This document shows positions 8,758 to 18,384 of a DNA stretch of 64,000 nucleotides, one piece after another. Position numbers and translations under genes: made by a program. This DNA is from an uncultured Gammaproteobacteria bacterium. GTDB lineage: Bacteria > Patescibacteriota > Patescibacteriia > Patescibacteriales > GWC2-42-12. Position 1 is the stretch's first letter; the number at the start of each line of letters is the position of its first letter. The notes under the pieces were generated by a model, which made no database searches, was not told where the DNA came from, and saw only the letters and a list, made by a program, of their open reading frames with translations. The DNA is taken from positions 29,530 through 93,529 of the forward strand of contig CAZHZE010000003.1 in assembly GCA_964537265.1 (NCBI GenBank), read 5' to 3'.

Positions 8758-10527
8758 TTATTTACTTTGCTGTATATAAGTTACTACTAAATCATTTTCA
8801 TTAAGGCCTGACAAAATTTCAGCTAAACCATCATCCCCGCGCAAACCTATTGTTACAGGCACTTCTTTTATTTCTTGGCCGACTAACAATCTAGCAAATT
8901 TACCACTGCCATTCTTTTCAATAACGGCTCTTAACGGCGCAATTAAAACATTATCTTTTTTAGCTGTAGTAATATTAGTATTAGCGGTCATGCCTGATTT
9001 AACATCATTGCCCTGACCATCAAAATCTATTTTTACTTTGTAATATATAACATCTTGGATAACCGTTTCAGCCGGTTCAATAAAATTAACTTGACCCGTG
9101 AATTTAATATCTTCACCGAAAGCATCAAGTGTAATTTCTACCGGATCATTAACCGCCACTTTATTTATATCAGCTTCAGAAATATCAACCTCTATTTCAA
9201 AATTATTTATGCCCAATAAAGAAAAAATTGGATTTGCGACAGAATATTGCTCACCAATCTCATAATTTTTTTTAGTAATTGTGCCATCAACCGGGGCTTT
9301 TATGGAGTTATCATTAATTTGTTTTCTAACTAAATCTAAAGACGCTTGCGATTGGCTAACTTGCGCTTGCGCCAAGCTTATATCCTGCGACCTGGAACCG
9401 GCTTTAAGCTGATTTAATTGAGCTTCAGACACTAACCATGATTTATAATAAGTATCTACTTTAGCTTGAGCCGTAGCGATTTGCTGCTCGCCTGTAACTT
9501 TAGCTGTGGCTAAAGTATTTTGCGCGGTTTTAATGGCGTTATTCAAATTATTTATTGAATCATTTAAATTATTTTGGGCTGTTTGTACTGCGGTAATTCC
9601 GCTACTGACATTTGTTTGCTGTGTGCTAACGGTTGTTTTGTAAGTATCTAATTCGGTTTGAGTAAAATTTGATCCGGCCATACTAGCTTCTAGAAGATCG
9701 TAACAATTCTTTAAAGCAGTAAAAGTTTTATTTAAAGCATCTAAAGTATCTGTAGCTGATTGATTTATATCTCCGCTTTTTTGGCTTATTTTAGATTGCG
9801 ATAACGCGGAAATAGCTTTATCATAACTATCTTTTGTAATTTGCAATAAAGAAATATTCTTTACCCCTAGAAAATTTTTAGCATCATTATCATTTAAAAT
9901 TGTATTTATATTATCTAAAGCGTTGGTGACAAGAGAAATTCTTGTATCTACTGCGGTTATTATTACCGCCTGATAATTTTTTATAGCCTGTTGATAGCTA
10001 GTTATAGACGGCCCAGAAGTTAAATATAGGTCGCTTAAATTTTTTTCTGCTTGCGCTATGCTTTCATTAACCGTATTTTTTATTTTTTCTAATTCGTTAG
10101 AAGAAGAAACGTAAGCTGTTTTAGCTTGATTAGCGCTAGCTTGGCTAACCGCTAATTCGCTAGCAGTAGCTCCGGCTAAAAGCTTAGCTAAATTTGCTTG
10201 AGAAACTCTTAAACTAGCTTCCGCTTCTTTTTCTCTTAATAACAAATCGCTAGAATCAAGTTCGGCTAAAACTTGATCTTTTTTAACCTTGTCGCCAACC
10301 TTGACAAAAATATTAGAAATTTTTCCGGCTGAATTAAAATTTAAATTGATTTCTTTATTAGCTTTTACCGTACCAGTTTCACTGACTGTTTGAATTAAAC
10401 TGCCTCTTTCTACTTTAACGGTTGTATATGTGACATTATTTTTTTTGCCAAAAGCAAAATATGCGCCCAAAAACACTAAAACTAATATCGGAATAACTAT
10501 CAAAATTTTTTTCTTAAAAATTTTCAT
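8758..10527 (-). CDS. HlyD/MacA-type periplasmic adaptor (membrane fusion) protein with an unusually long coiled coil
   Basis: The protein has an N-terminal TM helix and a lipoyl-like half-motif (VKVGDKVKKDQVLAELD). A ~300-aa Ala/Gln/Ser-rich coiled-coil insert follows, then a second lipoyl half and a beta-barrel domain. It lies immediately upstream of the MacB-type ABC genes. Confidence 0.75.
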   Translation of the reverse strand: MKIFKKKILIVIPILVLVFLGAYFAFGKKNNVTYTTVKVERGSLIQTVSETGTVKANKEINLNFNSAGKISNIFVKVGDKVKKDQVLAELDSSDLLLREKEAEASLRVSQANLAKLLAGATASELAVSQASANQAKTAYVSSSNELEKIKNTVNESIAQAEKNLSDLYLTSGPSITSYQQAIKNYQAVIITAVDTRISLVTNALDNINTILNDNDAKNFLGVKNISLLQITKDSYDKAISALSQSKISQKSGDINQSATDTLDALNKTFTALKNCYDLLEASMAGSNFTQTELDTYKTTVSTQQTNVSSGITAVQTAQNNLNDSINNLNNAIKTAQNTLATAKVTGEQQIATAQAKVDTYYKSWLVSEAQLNQLKAGSRSQDISLAQAQVSQSQASLDLVRKQINDNSIKAPVDGTITKKNYEIGEQYSVANPIFSLLGINNFEIEVDISEADINKVAVNDPVEITLDAFGEDIKFTGQVNFIEPAETVIQDVIYYKVKIDFDGQGNDVKSGMTANTNITTAKKDNVLIAPLRAVIEKNGSGKFARLLVGQEIKEVPVTIGLRGDDGLAEILSGLNENDLVVTYIQQSK

Positions 10528-10921
10528 TTATTTTTTCTTTATTAGCTATAATTTTTTTAAATTTATCAATAAATTCATCCAAATTTAATTCATTCTTTAA
10601 AATATAAAAATCTGCGCCAAGCTCTTTGCCTTTTTGTCGGCTATCGCTATCGCTCAAATTAGTAAAAATAAAAACCGGTATTTTAGAAATTTCTGAATCA
10701 GCTTTAATTTTTGATAGCAAATCGAAACCGTTTATTTTTGGTAAAATTATGTCTAGAATAATATAACTCGGTTTAAAAATTTTTATTTTTTCTAAGGCTT
10801 GAGTTTCGTCAGCGCCTTCATCAATAATAACCTCAAAACCGGCTACCCTAAACTTAGCCTGCAATCCATAAAGTAAATTAGCATCATCTTCAATTATAAG
10901 AATTTTATTGTTTATATTCAT
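10514..10921 (-). CDS. single-domain response regulator (CheY-like receiver)
   Basis: Receiver pattern is present: ILIIEDD, phospho-acceptor region IILDIILPKINGF, then FIFTNL and a conserved K. There is no output domain. The stop overlaps the adaptor gene start by 14 nt. Confidence 0.85.
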   Translation of the reverse strand: MNINNKILIIEDDANLLYGLQAKFRVAGFEVIIDEGADETQALEKIKIFKPSYIILDIILPKINGFDLLSKIKADSEISKIPVFIFTNLSDSDSRQKGKELGADFYILKNELNLDEFIDKFKKIIANKEKINENF

Positions 10922-10958
10922 AAATTAATATTCAAGGCAAGCCGCCTTGTTTAAAATA

Positions 10959-10987
10959 ATTATACTAATTTTTAAAGAATTTTGCAA
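10959..10987 (-). promoter_or_regulatory. sigma70-type promoter (TTGCAA-17 nt-TATAAT) for the response-regulator/MacAB operon
   Basis: On the minus strand the -35 TTGCAA is at 10987-10982, the spacer is 17 nt, and the -10 TATAAT is at 10964-10959. The promoter sits directly after a terminator hairpin and 38 nt before the ATG. Confidence 0.55.
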
Positions 10988-11023
10988 TAACAAGCACCTT
11001 AAACTAATTAAGGTGCTTGTTAT
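10987..11023 (-). terminator. stem-loop terminator downstream of the 786-aa gene
   Basis: A perfect 16-bp stem joins ataacaagcaccttaa (10987-11002) to ttaaggtgcttgttat (11008-11023), with a 5-nt loop. It begins 9 nt after the stop codon. The U-tract is weak. Confidence 0.6.
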
Positions 11024-11031
11024 CAATATTA

Positions 11032-13392
11032 TTATTTTTCTAGATAATTAAAAATCGGTCCAACCACAAGTATTTTTTTATTTTTATCTTGATAGACCAC
11101 GACTTGCAATTTAACACCATCTACGGATTCGACGGTGGAAGAGTTATCAAAACTAAGCTCTATATTTTTAGGTTGGCTGTCAACAACTGTATATTTTCTT
11201 AAAATACTTTGCACCGCCATTTGCGTCTCAACATCTATATTCTCTCCTTGTATTTCTTTAATAGCTAAAGATTTTATAACACTTAAATCATCCACAGCGT
11301 CTTTTATTTTTTTTGAAGTAACATCAATGTCTTTAACTATTTTTAGCTCATTTAGCATCGAAGAAAGCATTTTTATATTTGCTAATAGTTCATTAATTAA
11401 AACTAAATTAGGTTCGACAAAAGTCTGCGCTTCATGGCTGGCGCCTGAAAAAAGATTATTACCAGACTGGATATTAAGCCCTAAAGTATCATTGGTTAAT
11501 TTTAAATTAACCCAAGCCGACAAGGCAGTATTAATATTTTTTTCTTGCCAGGCTTTATTATTAAGATAAATAGGTCCGGTTTGGTTGTTCTGTTGTAAAA
11601 GCGCCTGTTTATTTAAAAACATAATCGACCAATAATTACTATTATGCCAACCGCCCGGAGTAAAATCCTTTAACTGGCCAGATAGTTTTTGGCTTTGCTT
11701 TATATAATTATCGTAAGCTGTGTTTTCCGTAAAATACTTATTATTCAAAATCGGACTGTATAAATTTATAATATCTAAACCTATTGCTTTACAACGTGTA
11801 AAAACTTTTTGCCGACTCAATTTGCAGCCGGTTATATTATCATTAGGCAAACGATCAACAATTTTATTTTTATAATTACCTACATTGGGGGTTATTAATT
11901 GATTAAAAATAAAAGTATCTGGCCAATAATCTTCTTGCAAAAGTCTCATACCTATCTGCGGCTTGACCTTTGCGTCATTACGCTTATATCTTCCTTCTAT
12001 TTCTGAAAAATTATATTTTTTATCTATCTCGGCTTGCACTTTTATGGCTGCGGCCAATGCATTATCCAAACCTTTGGATGCAGAAAAAATTTCCTCGATT
12101 TTATAATCGTTGCCGTAAAGTCCGATCAGCGTATCCTTGAATTGCAAATAAGTTAAATCTTTACGTAATCCAGAAAAAAATGATAAAACCTTATAAACTC
12201 TAGCCCAACGATTTTTTAAATTCTGATTATCGTTAAAATCTTTAGCAATATAACTATTGGCGACTATATTTATTAACCAATCATTTTTATCCAGCAAACA
12301 ATCCGGACATTTAGCGTCTTTATAATAAAGCGGAAAAAGAGAATTCACCCATTTATTGGCTAAATAAAAATTCTTTAATTTATTATTTTCGGCTAAATCT
12401 TTAGGCACTTTATAAAGATTATAATCTTTTTGATAACGGAAGACTGGAGATTTATCTTGCTGTTTAGCCTTATAAATTAAATCTACTTCTTTTTTAACGT
12501 CGTCATTTAAATAATCAGGCAAAGTAAAATCATAAACAGAAGCTTCTTTATCACTAAATTTATTTTTATTTGCACTATTAGTATAATCTATTTGCTCAGG
12601 TTTAGCTCTTAAAAGTTCTAAGGCCGTAGCGAAATATGCTGCTTCTAAACGTTGCCCTTCAAGCACCGGATCGTTAGCCAATTCCGTTTTAGCTGCTGTC
12701 TGCTTATAGCGGCTGTTGGCAATTTCAAAAAAATTTTTATTAATAAGCCAAAGATCATTATAAAAAGTATTGCTTTTTATATCAGAAAAAATTTCCTTTA
12801 GTAAATTCTGATAATAATAAATTAAAAAATCGCTAGTTACTAATTGGGGAATACTTTGGTTAACCAAAGCTATATAAGTGTCATAAAAATTATTTTTTAA
12901 AGATAATTTATTATTTACCGTAGTAAAGCCGTTTTTATTTATTTCATTAAGATTGTCATCGCTAAAATCTATTTTCCTGGAAACTTCGTAATAATTTGAT
13001 ACATCAGTTTTTACTTGTAACGGCAAATTTAATTTATCATAATTGATGTTATATTCTTCATTTGGGTTTTTATAAAATTGATCAAAAGAAAGAATTTCAG
13101 CTTTTACGCTATCTATAGCTTCTTCTCCGCTGTCAGTATCGTCTGGGTTAACTTGGCTAACGGGCAAAGTGCTAGTTGCGGTTGGTTTTTCTGTCTCAAT
13201 CGGCTGATTTGATTGATTTTTATTTTTATATTTAGAAAAAAATAAAAATGCAGCCGCAATTGACATGGCCACAACAATAATTAAAGCGACATAAAATAAT
13301 ATTTTTTTAGACCCTGAATAGTTTGAATTATTACTGCTAAAGTAGCTATCCTTGTTTTCATTATTAGTTTGCCCAAAAATATTTTTATTCAT
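11032..13392 (-). CDS. hypothetical membrane-anchored extracytoplasmic protein (786 aa)
   Basis: This long ORF has an N-terminal TM helix (ILFYVALIIVVAMSIAAAFLFF), and the rest is predicted to lie outside the cell. I do not recognise the family by eye. Confidence 0.6.
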   Translation of the reverse strand: MNKNIFGQTNNENKDSYFSSNNSNYSGSKKILFYVALIIVVAMSIAAAFLFFSKYKNKNQSNQPIETEKPTATSTLPVSQVNPDDTDSGEEAIDSVKAEILSFDQFYKNPNEEYNINYDKLNLPLQVKTDVSNYYEVSRKIDFSDDNLNEINKNGFTTVNNKLSLKNNFYDTYIALVNQSIPQLVTSDFLIYYYQNLLKEIFSDIKSNTFYNDLWLINKNFFEIANSRYKQTAAKTELANDPVLEGQRLEAAYFATALELLRAKPEQIDYTNSANKNKFSDKEASVYDFTLPDYLNDDVKKEVDLIYKAKQQDKSPVFRYQKDYNLYKVPKDLAENNKLKNFYLANKWVNSLFPLYYKDAKCPDCLLDKNDWLINIVANSYIAKDFNDNQNLKNRWARVYKVLSFFSGLRKDLTYLQFKDTLIGLYGNDYKIEEIFSASKGLDNALAAAIKVQAEIDKKYNFSEIEGRYKRNDAKVKPQIGMRLLQEDYWPDTFIFNQLITPNVGNYKNKIVDRLPNDNITGCKLSRQKVFTRCKAIGLDIINLYSPILNNKYFTENTAYDNYIKQSQKLSGQLKDFTPGGWHNSNYWSIMFLNKQALLQQNNQTGPIYLNNKAWQEKNINTALSAWVNLKLTNDTLGLNIQSGNNLFSGASHEAQTFVEPNLVLINELLANIKMLSSMLNELKIVKDIDVTSKKIKDAVDDLSVIKSLAIKEIQGENIDVETQMAVQSILRKYTVVDSQPKNIELSFDNSSTVESVDGVKLQVVVYQDKNKKILVVGPIFNYLEK

Positions 13393-13412
13393 AAATTTAT
13401 TACCCCGATATA

Positions 13413-13441
13413 ATTATACTAATTTTTAGACAATTTTACAA
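13413..13441 (-). promoter_or_regulatory. sigma70-type promoter (TTGTAA-17 nt-TATAAT)
   Basis: On the minus strand the -35 is at 13441-13436 and the -10 at 13418-13413. The -10 is embedded in the 15-mer AAAATTAGTATAATT, which is shared with 10958-10972 and 23451-23465. Confidence 0.55.
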
Positions 13442-13450
13442 ACTATCATT

Positions 13451-13486
13451 ATGAAAATACCTCGGTAAAAACCGAGGCATTTTCAT
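13451..13486 (-). terminator. stem-loop terminator downstream of the small zinc-ribbon gene
   Basis: Positions 13451-13465 (atgaaaatacctcgg) pair with 13472-13486 (ccgaggcattttcat) at 14 of 15 bp. The loop is 6 nt. Confidence 0.55.
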
Positions 13487-13500
13487 CAAATAAAATTGTT

Positions 13501-13656
13501 TTAAGCTTTACCTAAAATTCTGAACATGGCTGTGCCGCAAACCGGGCATTTGCCTTTCATAGCTTTTCTTTTTACTCCGCCTTTGCCGCTCATTTCTACT
13601 TCGTTAGCGTCACTCATTTCTTTTTTAGCTTTACATTTTACGCAATAAGCTTCCAT
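13501..13656 (-). CDS. small zinc-ribbon protein, DUF5679-like (51 aa; absent from the supplied ORF track)
   Basis: Hand translation gives MEAYCVKCKAKKEMSDANEVEMSGKGGVKRKAMKGKCPVCGTAMFRILGKA. The CxxC...CxxC pattern and overall sequence match the DUF5679 proteins I remember (CVKCK...GKCPVCGTKMFRI). A terminator lies downstream. Confidence 0.6.
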   Translation of the reverse strand: MEAYCVKCKAKKEMSDANEVEMSGKGGVKRKAMKGKCPVCGTAMFRILGKA

Positions 13657-13800
13657 AGAGTTATTATTCGTCGCCGACGATAAATCAGCTAAACGATTAA
13701 TTTATTAAATGGCTAATATTAAACAAAAATTAATTAATATTTTAAAATTTAAAGCTGATATAATTTAATTTTAGCATATTCAAACCAAAAACACACTTTT

Positions 13801-14175
13801 TTATCTTATTCCTGCTTTGCGCGCGCCTTTTTCATCCGAACCAAAATGATGAGCAATTTCATGTTTAACCGTCGAGATAATTTTTTGTATAAGCTCTGAT
13901 TCGCTGTCTGATTGACTTAAAATAGCTTTTCTAAAAATTGTTATTCGGTCTGGTAAAACTGGGCCGAAATTTAATCTTTTAGCCTGAGCATAACCTTCAA
14001 ACAAGCCAAATAAAACATCGTTTCTCTTAAGATTAACTTTTTTAAGCTGCTCGAGCGTAGGTTCATCTTCGGCGAAAATAGCTACATTATTAAGTCTATC
14101 TTTAAATTTATCGGGTAATTTATCTAAAGCTTGCTCTATTACTTTTTGAAATTCCTGCTGACTAATATTTAACAT
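13801..14175 (-). CDS. zinc metallopeptidase family protein (Zincin_1/DUF1025-like)
   Basis: This 124-aa protein has a C-terminal HEIAHHFG (HExxH) motif followed by SDE. The size fits this family. Confidence 0.7.
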   Translation of the reverse strand: MLNISQQEFQKVIEQALDKLPDKFKDRLNNVAIFAEDEPTLEQLKKVNLKRNDVLFGLFEGYAQAKRLNFGPVLPDRITIFRKAILSQSDSESELIQKIISTVKHEIAHHFGSDEKGARKAGIR

Positions 14176-14176
14176 A

Positions 14177-14881
14177 TTAATATTTATCTAAATAAAATTT
14201 TCTTTTTTTATCACTTAATTTTTCTATTGCATATCGAAGCATTGTGCGCGGCATTTTTTTATAATGCTTATTTAAAAATTCTACTAAGACCTTCTCATCT
14301 CTCTTCCCTGCTTCTCTAAGCATCCAGCCGACGGCTTTATGTATAAGATCATGAGTATCGTTTAATAAAGCTTCGGAAACTTTTATAGTATCATTAAATT
14401 CTTTATTTCTTATAAATGCAAAAGTAGAAATTATAGCAATTCTTTTTTTCCATAAATTTTTTGACCGCGCTAATCTATATAATATTTTTTTATCTTTATC
14501 TAATAAATAATCGCCTATAATATAATGACAGGACAAATCAACTAAATCCCAATTATTAATATTCTTAGTATTAGCTAAATAAAATTGAACAATTTTATCT
14601 TTAAGCAAACTATCGGCTTTTTTATATTGGCTGAGTAAAATAAGTAAAGCGATTAAACGATATTCATGGATTTTACTATGCAGTAAAATTTTAATATTGG
14701 CTAAAGTTAAATTTTCATATCCGCGCGCTACCCTCCTCTGGACTGGCACTTTTATGCCTAAAAAAATATCGCCTTCGCCGTATTGGCCTTCGCCGGTTTT
14801 AAAAAAGCCAGCGAGAATTTTGGCCTGCTTTTTATCCGCTAGTTTGTTTAATTCGCTTTTTAATTGTTTTAAATTCGCCAT
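14177..14881 (-). CDS. DNA alkylation repair protein (AlkD-like HEAT-repeat family)
   Basis: This 234-aa helical-repeat protein has the WDLVD and WMLRE segments typical of the DNA_alkylation family. Confidence 0.75.
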   Translation of the reverse strand: MANLKQLKSELNKLADKKQAKILAGFFKTGEGQYGEGDIFLGIKVPVQRRVARGYENLTLANIKILLHSKIHEYRLIALLILLSQYKKADSLLKDKIVQFYLANTKNINNWDLVDLSCHYIIGDYLLDKDKKILYRLARSKNLWKKRIAIISTFAFIRNKEFNDTIKVSEALLNDTHDLIHKAVGWMLREAGKRDEKVLVEFLNKHYKKMPRTMLRYAIEKLSDKKRKFYLDKY

Positions 14882-14886
14882 GATAT

Positions 14887-15666
14887 TTAACTTCTTTTAT
14901 TAAAAGCTAAAGTTGCGGTTGAAACCATAACAATCGAGAAAACTAATAAAATTAAAATGTTTATCTGAACCGGATATAAAAGTAATTTTTGCGCTAATTC
15001 AACTGGAATGTCGCTTAAAATAATATGGCGCATACCATCAACGCCGTAAGTTAAAGGATTAAAGCGCGAAAGAATTGTCATCCATAAAGGAACATTGGTC
15101 AAAGGGAAAAACGCTCCGGATAAGAAAAACATAGGAAAAATTAAAACCTGCATTATAATACCGAAACTTTCCGTAGTTTTCATAAGCGAAGCTATAAGTA
15201 AGCCTAAGCCGGAAATAGCAAAAGCTAAAAGCATCATGAATAAAAATAATTTAATAATAATTAAAATATTAAGATGAATCCCTAAAAATGGCGCTAGAGC
15301 TAAAAGTAATAAAGCCTGAGTTGAAGCTACGGTAACCGCGCCTAAAATTTTTCCAACAACAATCGAAGTACGCGAAATCGGCGCCACTAAAATCTCTTTT
15401 AAAAAACCAAACTCGCGATCCCAAACTGTAGAGACGGTTGAGAAAAACGCAATACCCATAACATTCATAGCGATAATGCCCGGATACATAAATTTAATAT
15501 AATCAACGCCAAAATTACCCTTAGTTAAAGTACTGCCTAAGCCAGCGCCAAAAATTACTAAAAACATTAAGGGTTGAAGCAAAGTAGAAAATATCCTAGC
15601 TTTATCGCGGACATATCTTATGCTTTCCCTTTTCCAAATTGTATAAATCGCTTTTAATTCATCCAT
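14887..15666 (-). CDS. ABC-2 type transporter permease
   Basis: This 259-aa protein has six predicted TM helices. It lies directly downstream of a DrrA-like ATPase gene. Confidence 0.85.
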   Translation of the reverse strand: MDELKAIYTIWKRESIRYVRDKARIFSTLLQPLMFLVIFGAGLGSTLTKGNFGVDYIKFMYPGIIAMNVMGIAFFSTVSTVWDREFGFLKEILVAPISRTSIVVGKILGAVTVASTQALLLLALAPFLGIHLNILIIIKLFLFMMLLAFAISGLGLLIASLMKTTESFGIIMQVLIFPMFFLSGAFFPLTNVPLWMTILSRFNPLTYGVDGMRHIILSDIPVELAQKLLLYPVQINILILLVFSIVMVSTATLAFNKRS

Positions 15667-15674
15667 AATATAAA

Positions 15675-16637
15675 TTAATGCCTCATCCTACGGCGCATCG
15701 CATCTTTGTTTGTTGCTTCTTCTTCGCGAATTTTTTTACCGGTTAAATTTAAAAATACATCATCTAAAGTCGGCTTTCTTAATTCTACTGATTGGATTTT
15801 TTCCTCTAGTTCATTAAAAAGTCTAGCTAAAAACTTATCTCCGTCCGCCACTTTAATTTTTAATTTATCATCTTCAACTTTAACATCTACGCCGAACTTA
15901 TTTTTAATTTCTTTTTTTAATTTTTCTTTGTCCGCCGCTGTTATAGTAATAATATCCCCGCCGACTATTTTTTTTAAATTGGCCGGCGTATCTAGGGCGA
16001 TAATTTTACCATGATCAACTATAGCTATCCGATCGCAATATTCAGCTTCAGCTAAATAATGCGTAGTCATAAAAATAGTCATATCTTTTTCTTTTTTTAA
16101 CCTTAAAACATACTCCCAAATATTAAACCTAGTCTGCGGATCGAGCCCGATAGTCGGCTCATCTAAAAACATTAATTTAGGATAATGGATTAAGCCGCGA
16201 GCAATTTCTAAACGACGTTTCATTCCGCCAGAAAAAGTTTTTACAATATGATCTCGCCTATCCCATAAATCAACTAATTTAAGCACCTCAGGCAATCGCT
16301 CGCTAAAAATTTTCTTATCAACGCCGTATAAATCAGCGTGAAAATATAAATTTTCTTTAGCAGTTAATTTATCATCCAAAGAAGAATCTTGAAAAACTAA
16401 ACCGATTGATTTTCTTACTTTATCTCTGCCTTTATTTACGTCAAAACCATTAATTAAAGCCTGTCCGGAGTCAGGCTTTAATAGAGTTGATAAAATACTA
16501 ATGGTCGTAGATTTTCCCGCGCCGTTAGGGCCTAAAAAACCAAAAATTTCGCCCTGTTTTACCGAAAAAGAAATATCATCAACCGCAGTTAATTTATCAA
16601 ACTTTTTTGTTAGATTCTTTATCTCTATTATATTCAT
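15675..16637 (-). CDS. ABC transporter ATP-binding protein (DrrA/ABC-2 subgroup)
   Basis: Motifs present are Walker A (GPNGAGKST), signature (FSGGMKRRLEIARGL) and Walker B (MFLDEPTIGLD). A C-terminal regulatory extension follows. Confidence 0.92.
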   Translation of the reverse strand: MNIIEIKNLTKKFDKLTAVDDISFSVKQGEIFGFLGPNGAGKSTTISILSTLLKPDSGQALINGFDVNKGRDKVRKSIGLVFQDSSLDDKLTAKENLYFHADLYGVDKKIFSERLPEVLKLVDLWDRRDHIVKTFSGGMKRRLEIARGLIHYPKLMFLDEPTIGLDPQTRFNIWEYVLRLKKEKDMTIFMTTHYLAEAEYCDRIAIVDHGKIIALDTPANLKKIVGGDIITITAADKEKLKKEIKNKFGVDVKVEDDKLKIKVADGDKFLARLFNELEEKIQSVELRKPTLDDVFLNLTGKKIREEEATNKDAMRRRMRH

Positions 16638-16647
16638 TTAATTTAGA

Positions 16648-17379
16648 CTAGTAATTGACGAAATAATTAATCTTACTTTTTGCTTTCAGAGATTCCAATA
16701 AAGCATTGGCGGCAGTGCTTAATTTTTCCTGTTCAATTTGATTTTTAATTTGAGTCTTAAAATTTTCTTCTTCTCCTTCCGGAATAGTAATTTTATTTTC
16801 AGTAATAAATTGATTTATGTCGTCTTCACTGACTTGAATCTGATCTGCCAGCATATTTTTTAATTCTTTTTGAACGGCAATTTGCTTTTTTAAATAATCT
16901 AAAGTAATGCCTTGCTCGGCCAAAGCCTGATCTAAAGTTAAGCCCTGAGCCTTAAGCTGGGTTTCTAAATCTTTTACTTCGGTATCAACATCATTTGGAC
17001 TTATTACAATACCTCTGGCCTTAGCTTCATTATCTATTAATTTTTGCGTTACTAATGATTCTAAAACTCTTTTGCCATAAATTTTTTCTAATTCAGAAAC
17101 AACTTGCAAACGGCTAATAGCTGAACCATCAACTGTGGCCGCAATAAATAAACTTTTATAATAAAAAAGTAAACCACCTATTACGGCTATTATTATAATT
17201 ATTATTAAAGCAATGACGATATTTTTGTTGATGCTAATAGCACTCTTTTTCTTTACTTCTAATAGTCCAACCGGCTGAGGTTCAACCGGCGCTTGAATAG
17301 GCGCTACCTCAATTTTTTCAACTTTTTCTTTTTTTTCTTTAATTTTCTTTTCGATTTTTTCTCCTTGAATTTTTTTCAT
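16648..17379 (-). CDS. SurA N-terminal-domain-like chaperone (no parvulin domain), membrane anchored
   Basis: The protein has a lysine-rich N-terminus and one TM helix. A helical domain follows (ATVDGSAISRLQV...LVTQKLIDNEAKARGI) that resembles the SurA/PrsA N-terminal domain. Confidence 0.5.
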   Translation of the reverse strand: MKKIQGEKIEKKIKEKKEKVEKIEVAPIQAPVEPQPVGLLEVKKKSAISINKNIVIALIIIIIIAVIGGLLFYYKSLFIAATVDGSAISRLQVVSELEKIYGKRVLESLVTQKLIDNEAKARGIVISPNDVDTEVKDLETQLKAQGLTLDQALAEQGITLDYLKKQIAVQKELKNMLADQIQVSEDDINQFITENKITIPEGEEENFKTQIKNQIEQEKLSTAANALLESLKAKSKINYFVNY

Positions 17380-17410
17380 AAGATTAAAATTTGTTTAATT
17401 ATTAATTATT

Positions 17411-18367
17411 TTATAAAGGCTTCTTAAATTTATAATAAATCTTCTTGCCAACAAAATAAATTAACCAAAGAATAAACGCATAAATCAATAGCATGGGTAA
17501 AACTACTATAATAAAGCGAATCAACCCGTCAATAAAACCTTGCCCAGCGGTTATTAACTGTTTAACTGATAATTTAACAACTTGCCAAGGGCGCCAATCC
17601 TGGCTGGCTGAAGCAATTTCTACATCTTCGCTTAAATTAACCGTAATCGTCGACATATCGGTTTGCGAATTCAAATATTTCATCTGGCCTTGCAGTTGTT
17701 CAATTTCTCCCCTAACTCTAGCCACTTCTCTGGTCACGGCAAGAACCTCTTCAATTTTTCCTGACCTATTTAATAAAGCGACGAATGAAGCCTCTTCGGC
17801 TATCTTATTTTTTAACCGCGCCTCTAAATCAATATATTGTTCGGTTATATCCTGGGCGTTAGAAGATTCTGACATAACCTGAGTGGCAACTTTTTTTAAT
17901 TCGTCAAAAACCGCTGTAAAATTCTGATAAGGCACGCGAATGGTTATATAACCTGATTTAGTCCCGCGGCTTGATTCGGAAAAATATGAATTAGAAATTT
18001 CCCCTTTATTTAATTTAACTATGTTAGTTATGCTTTCTACTGCTGTTTCTATTTTTTCAATTTTAAGACTTAGATCTCCGGTTTTAATAATTTTTTTATC
18101 AACTGGCTGGGTAATTGAGCTAGGCGATAATTCTTGCTCTACAGTCATAACCGAATCCATGGCCATTTTATTAGAACTTACCCTTTTAGAAGAACTTATT
18201 GGCGCAACAGCGCTAAATGAAGAAACAGATTCTAAAGATGATTGGCCAGATATTTTATCACCAGTAAATTGGCCAACACCTCCTAAAATAATTATTAGCC
18301 CAACATACAAAATAACAAAGGCTAATACAATCAAGCCAATAATTTTCAAAAATTTTTTAATCGGCAT
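17411..18367 (-). CDS. DUF4349-like membrane protein
   Basis: The protein has an N-terminal TM helix, a central coiled coil (EARLKNKIAEE...RGEIEQLQGQMKYL) and a C-terminal TM pair. This architecture is as I recall for DUF4349. Confidence 0.5.
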   Translation of the reverse strand: MPIKKFLKIIGLIVLAFVILYVGLIIILGGVGQFTGDKISGQSSLESVSSFSAVAPISSSKRVSSNKMAMDSVMTVEQELSPSSITQPVDKKIIKTGDLSLKIEKIETAVESITNIVKLNKGEISNSYFSESSRGTKSGYITIRVPYQNFTAVFDELKKVATQVMSESSNAQDITEQYIDLEARLKNKIAEEASFVALLNRSGKIEEVLAVTREVARVRGEIEQLQGQMKYLNSQTDMSTITVNLSEDVEIASASQDWRPWQVVKLSVKQLITAGQGFIDGLIRFIIVVLPMLLIYAFILWLIYFVGKKIYYKFKKPL

Positions 18368-18384
18368 AGTTTTATTGTTAAAAA

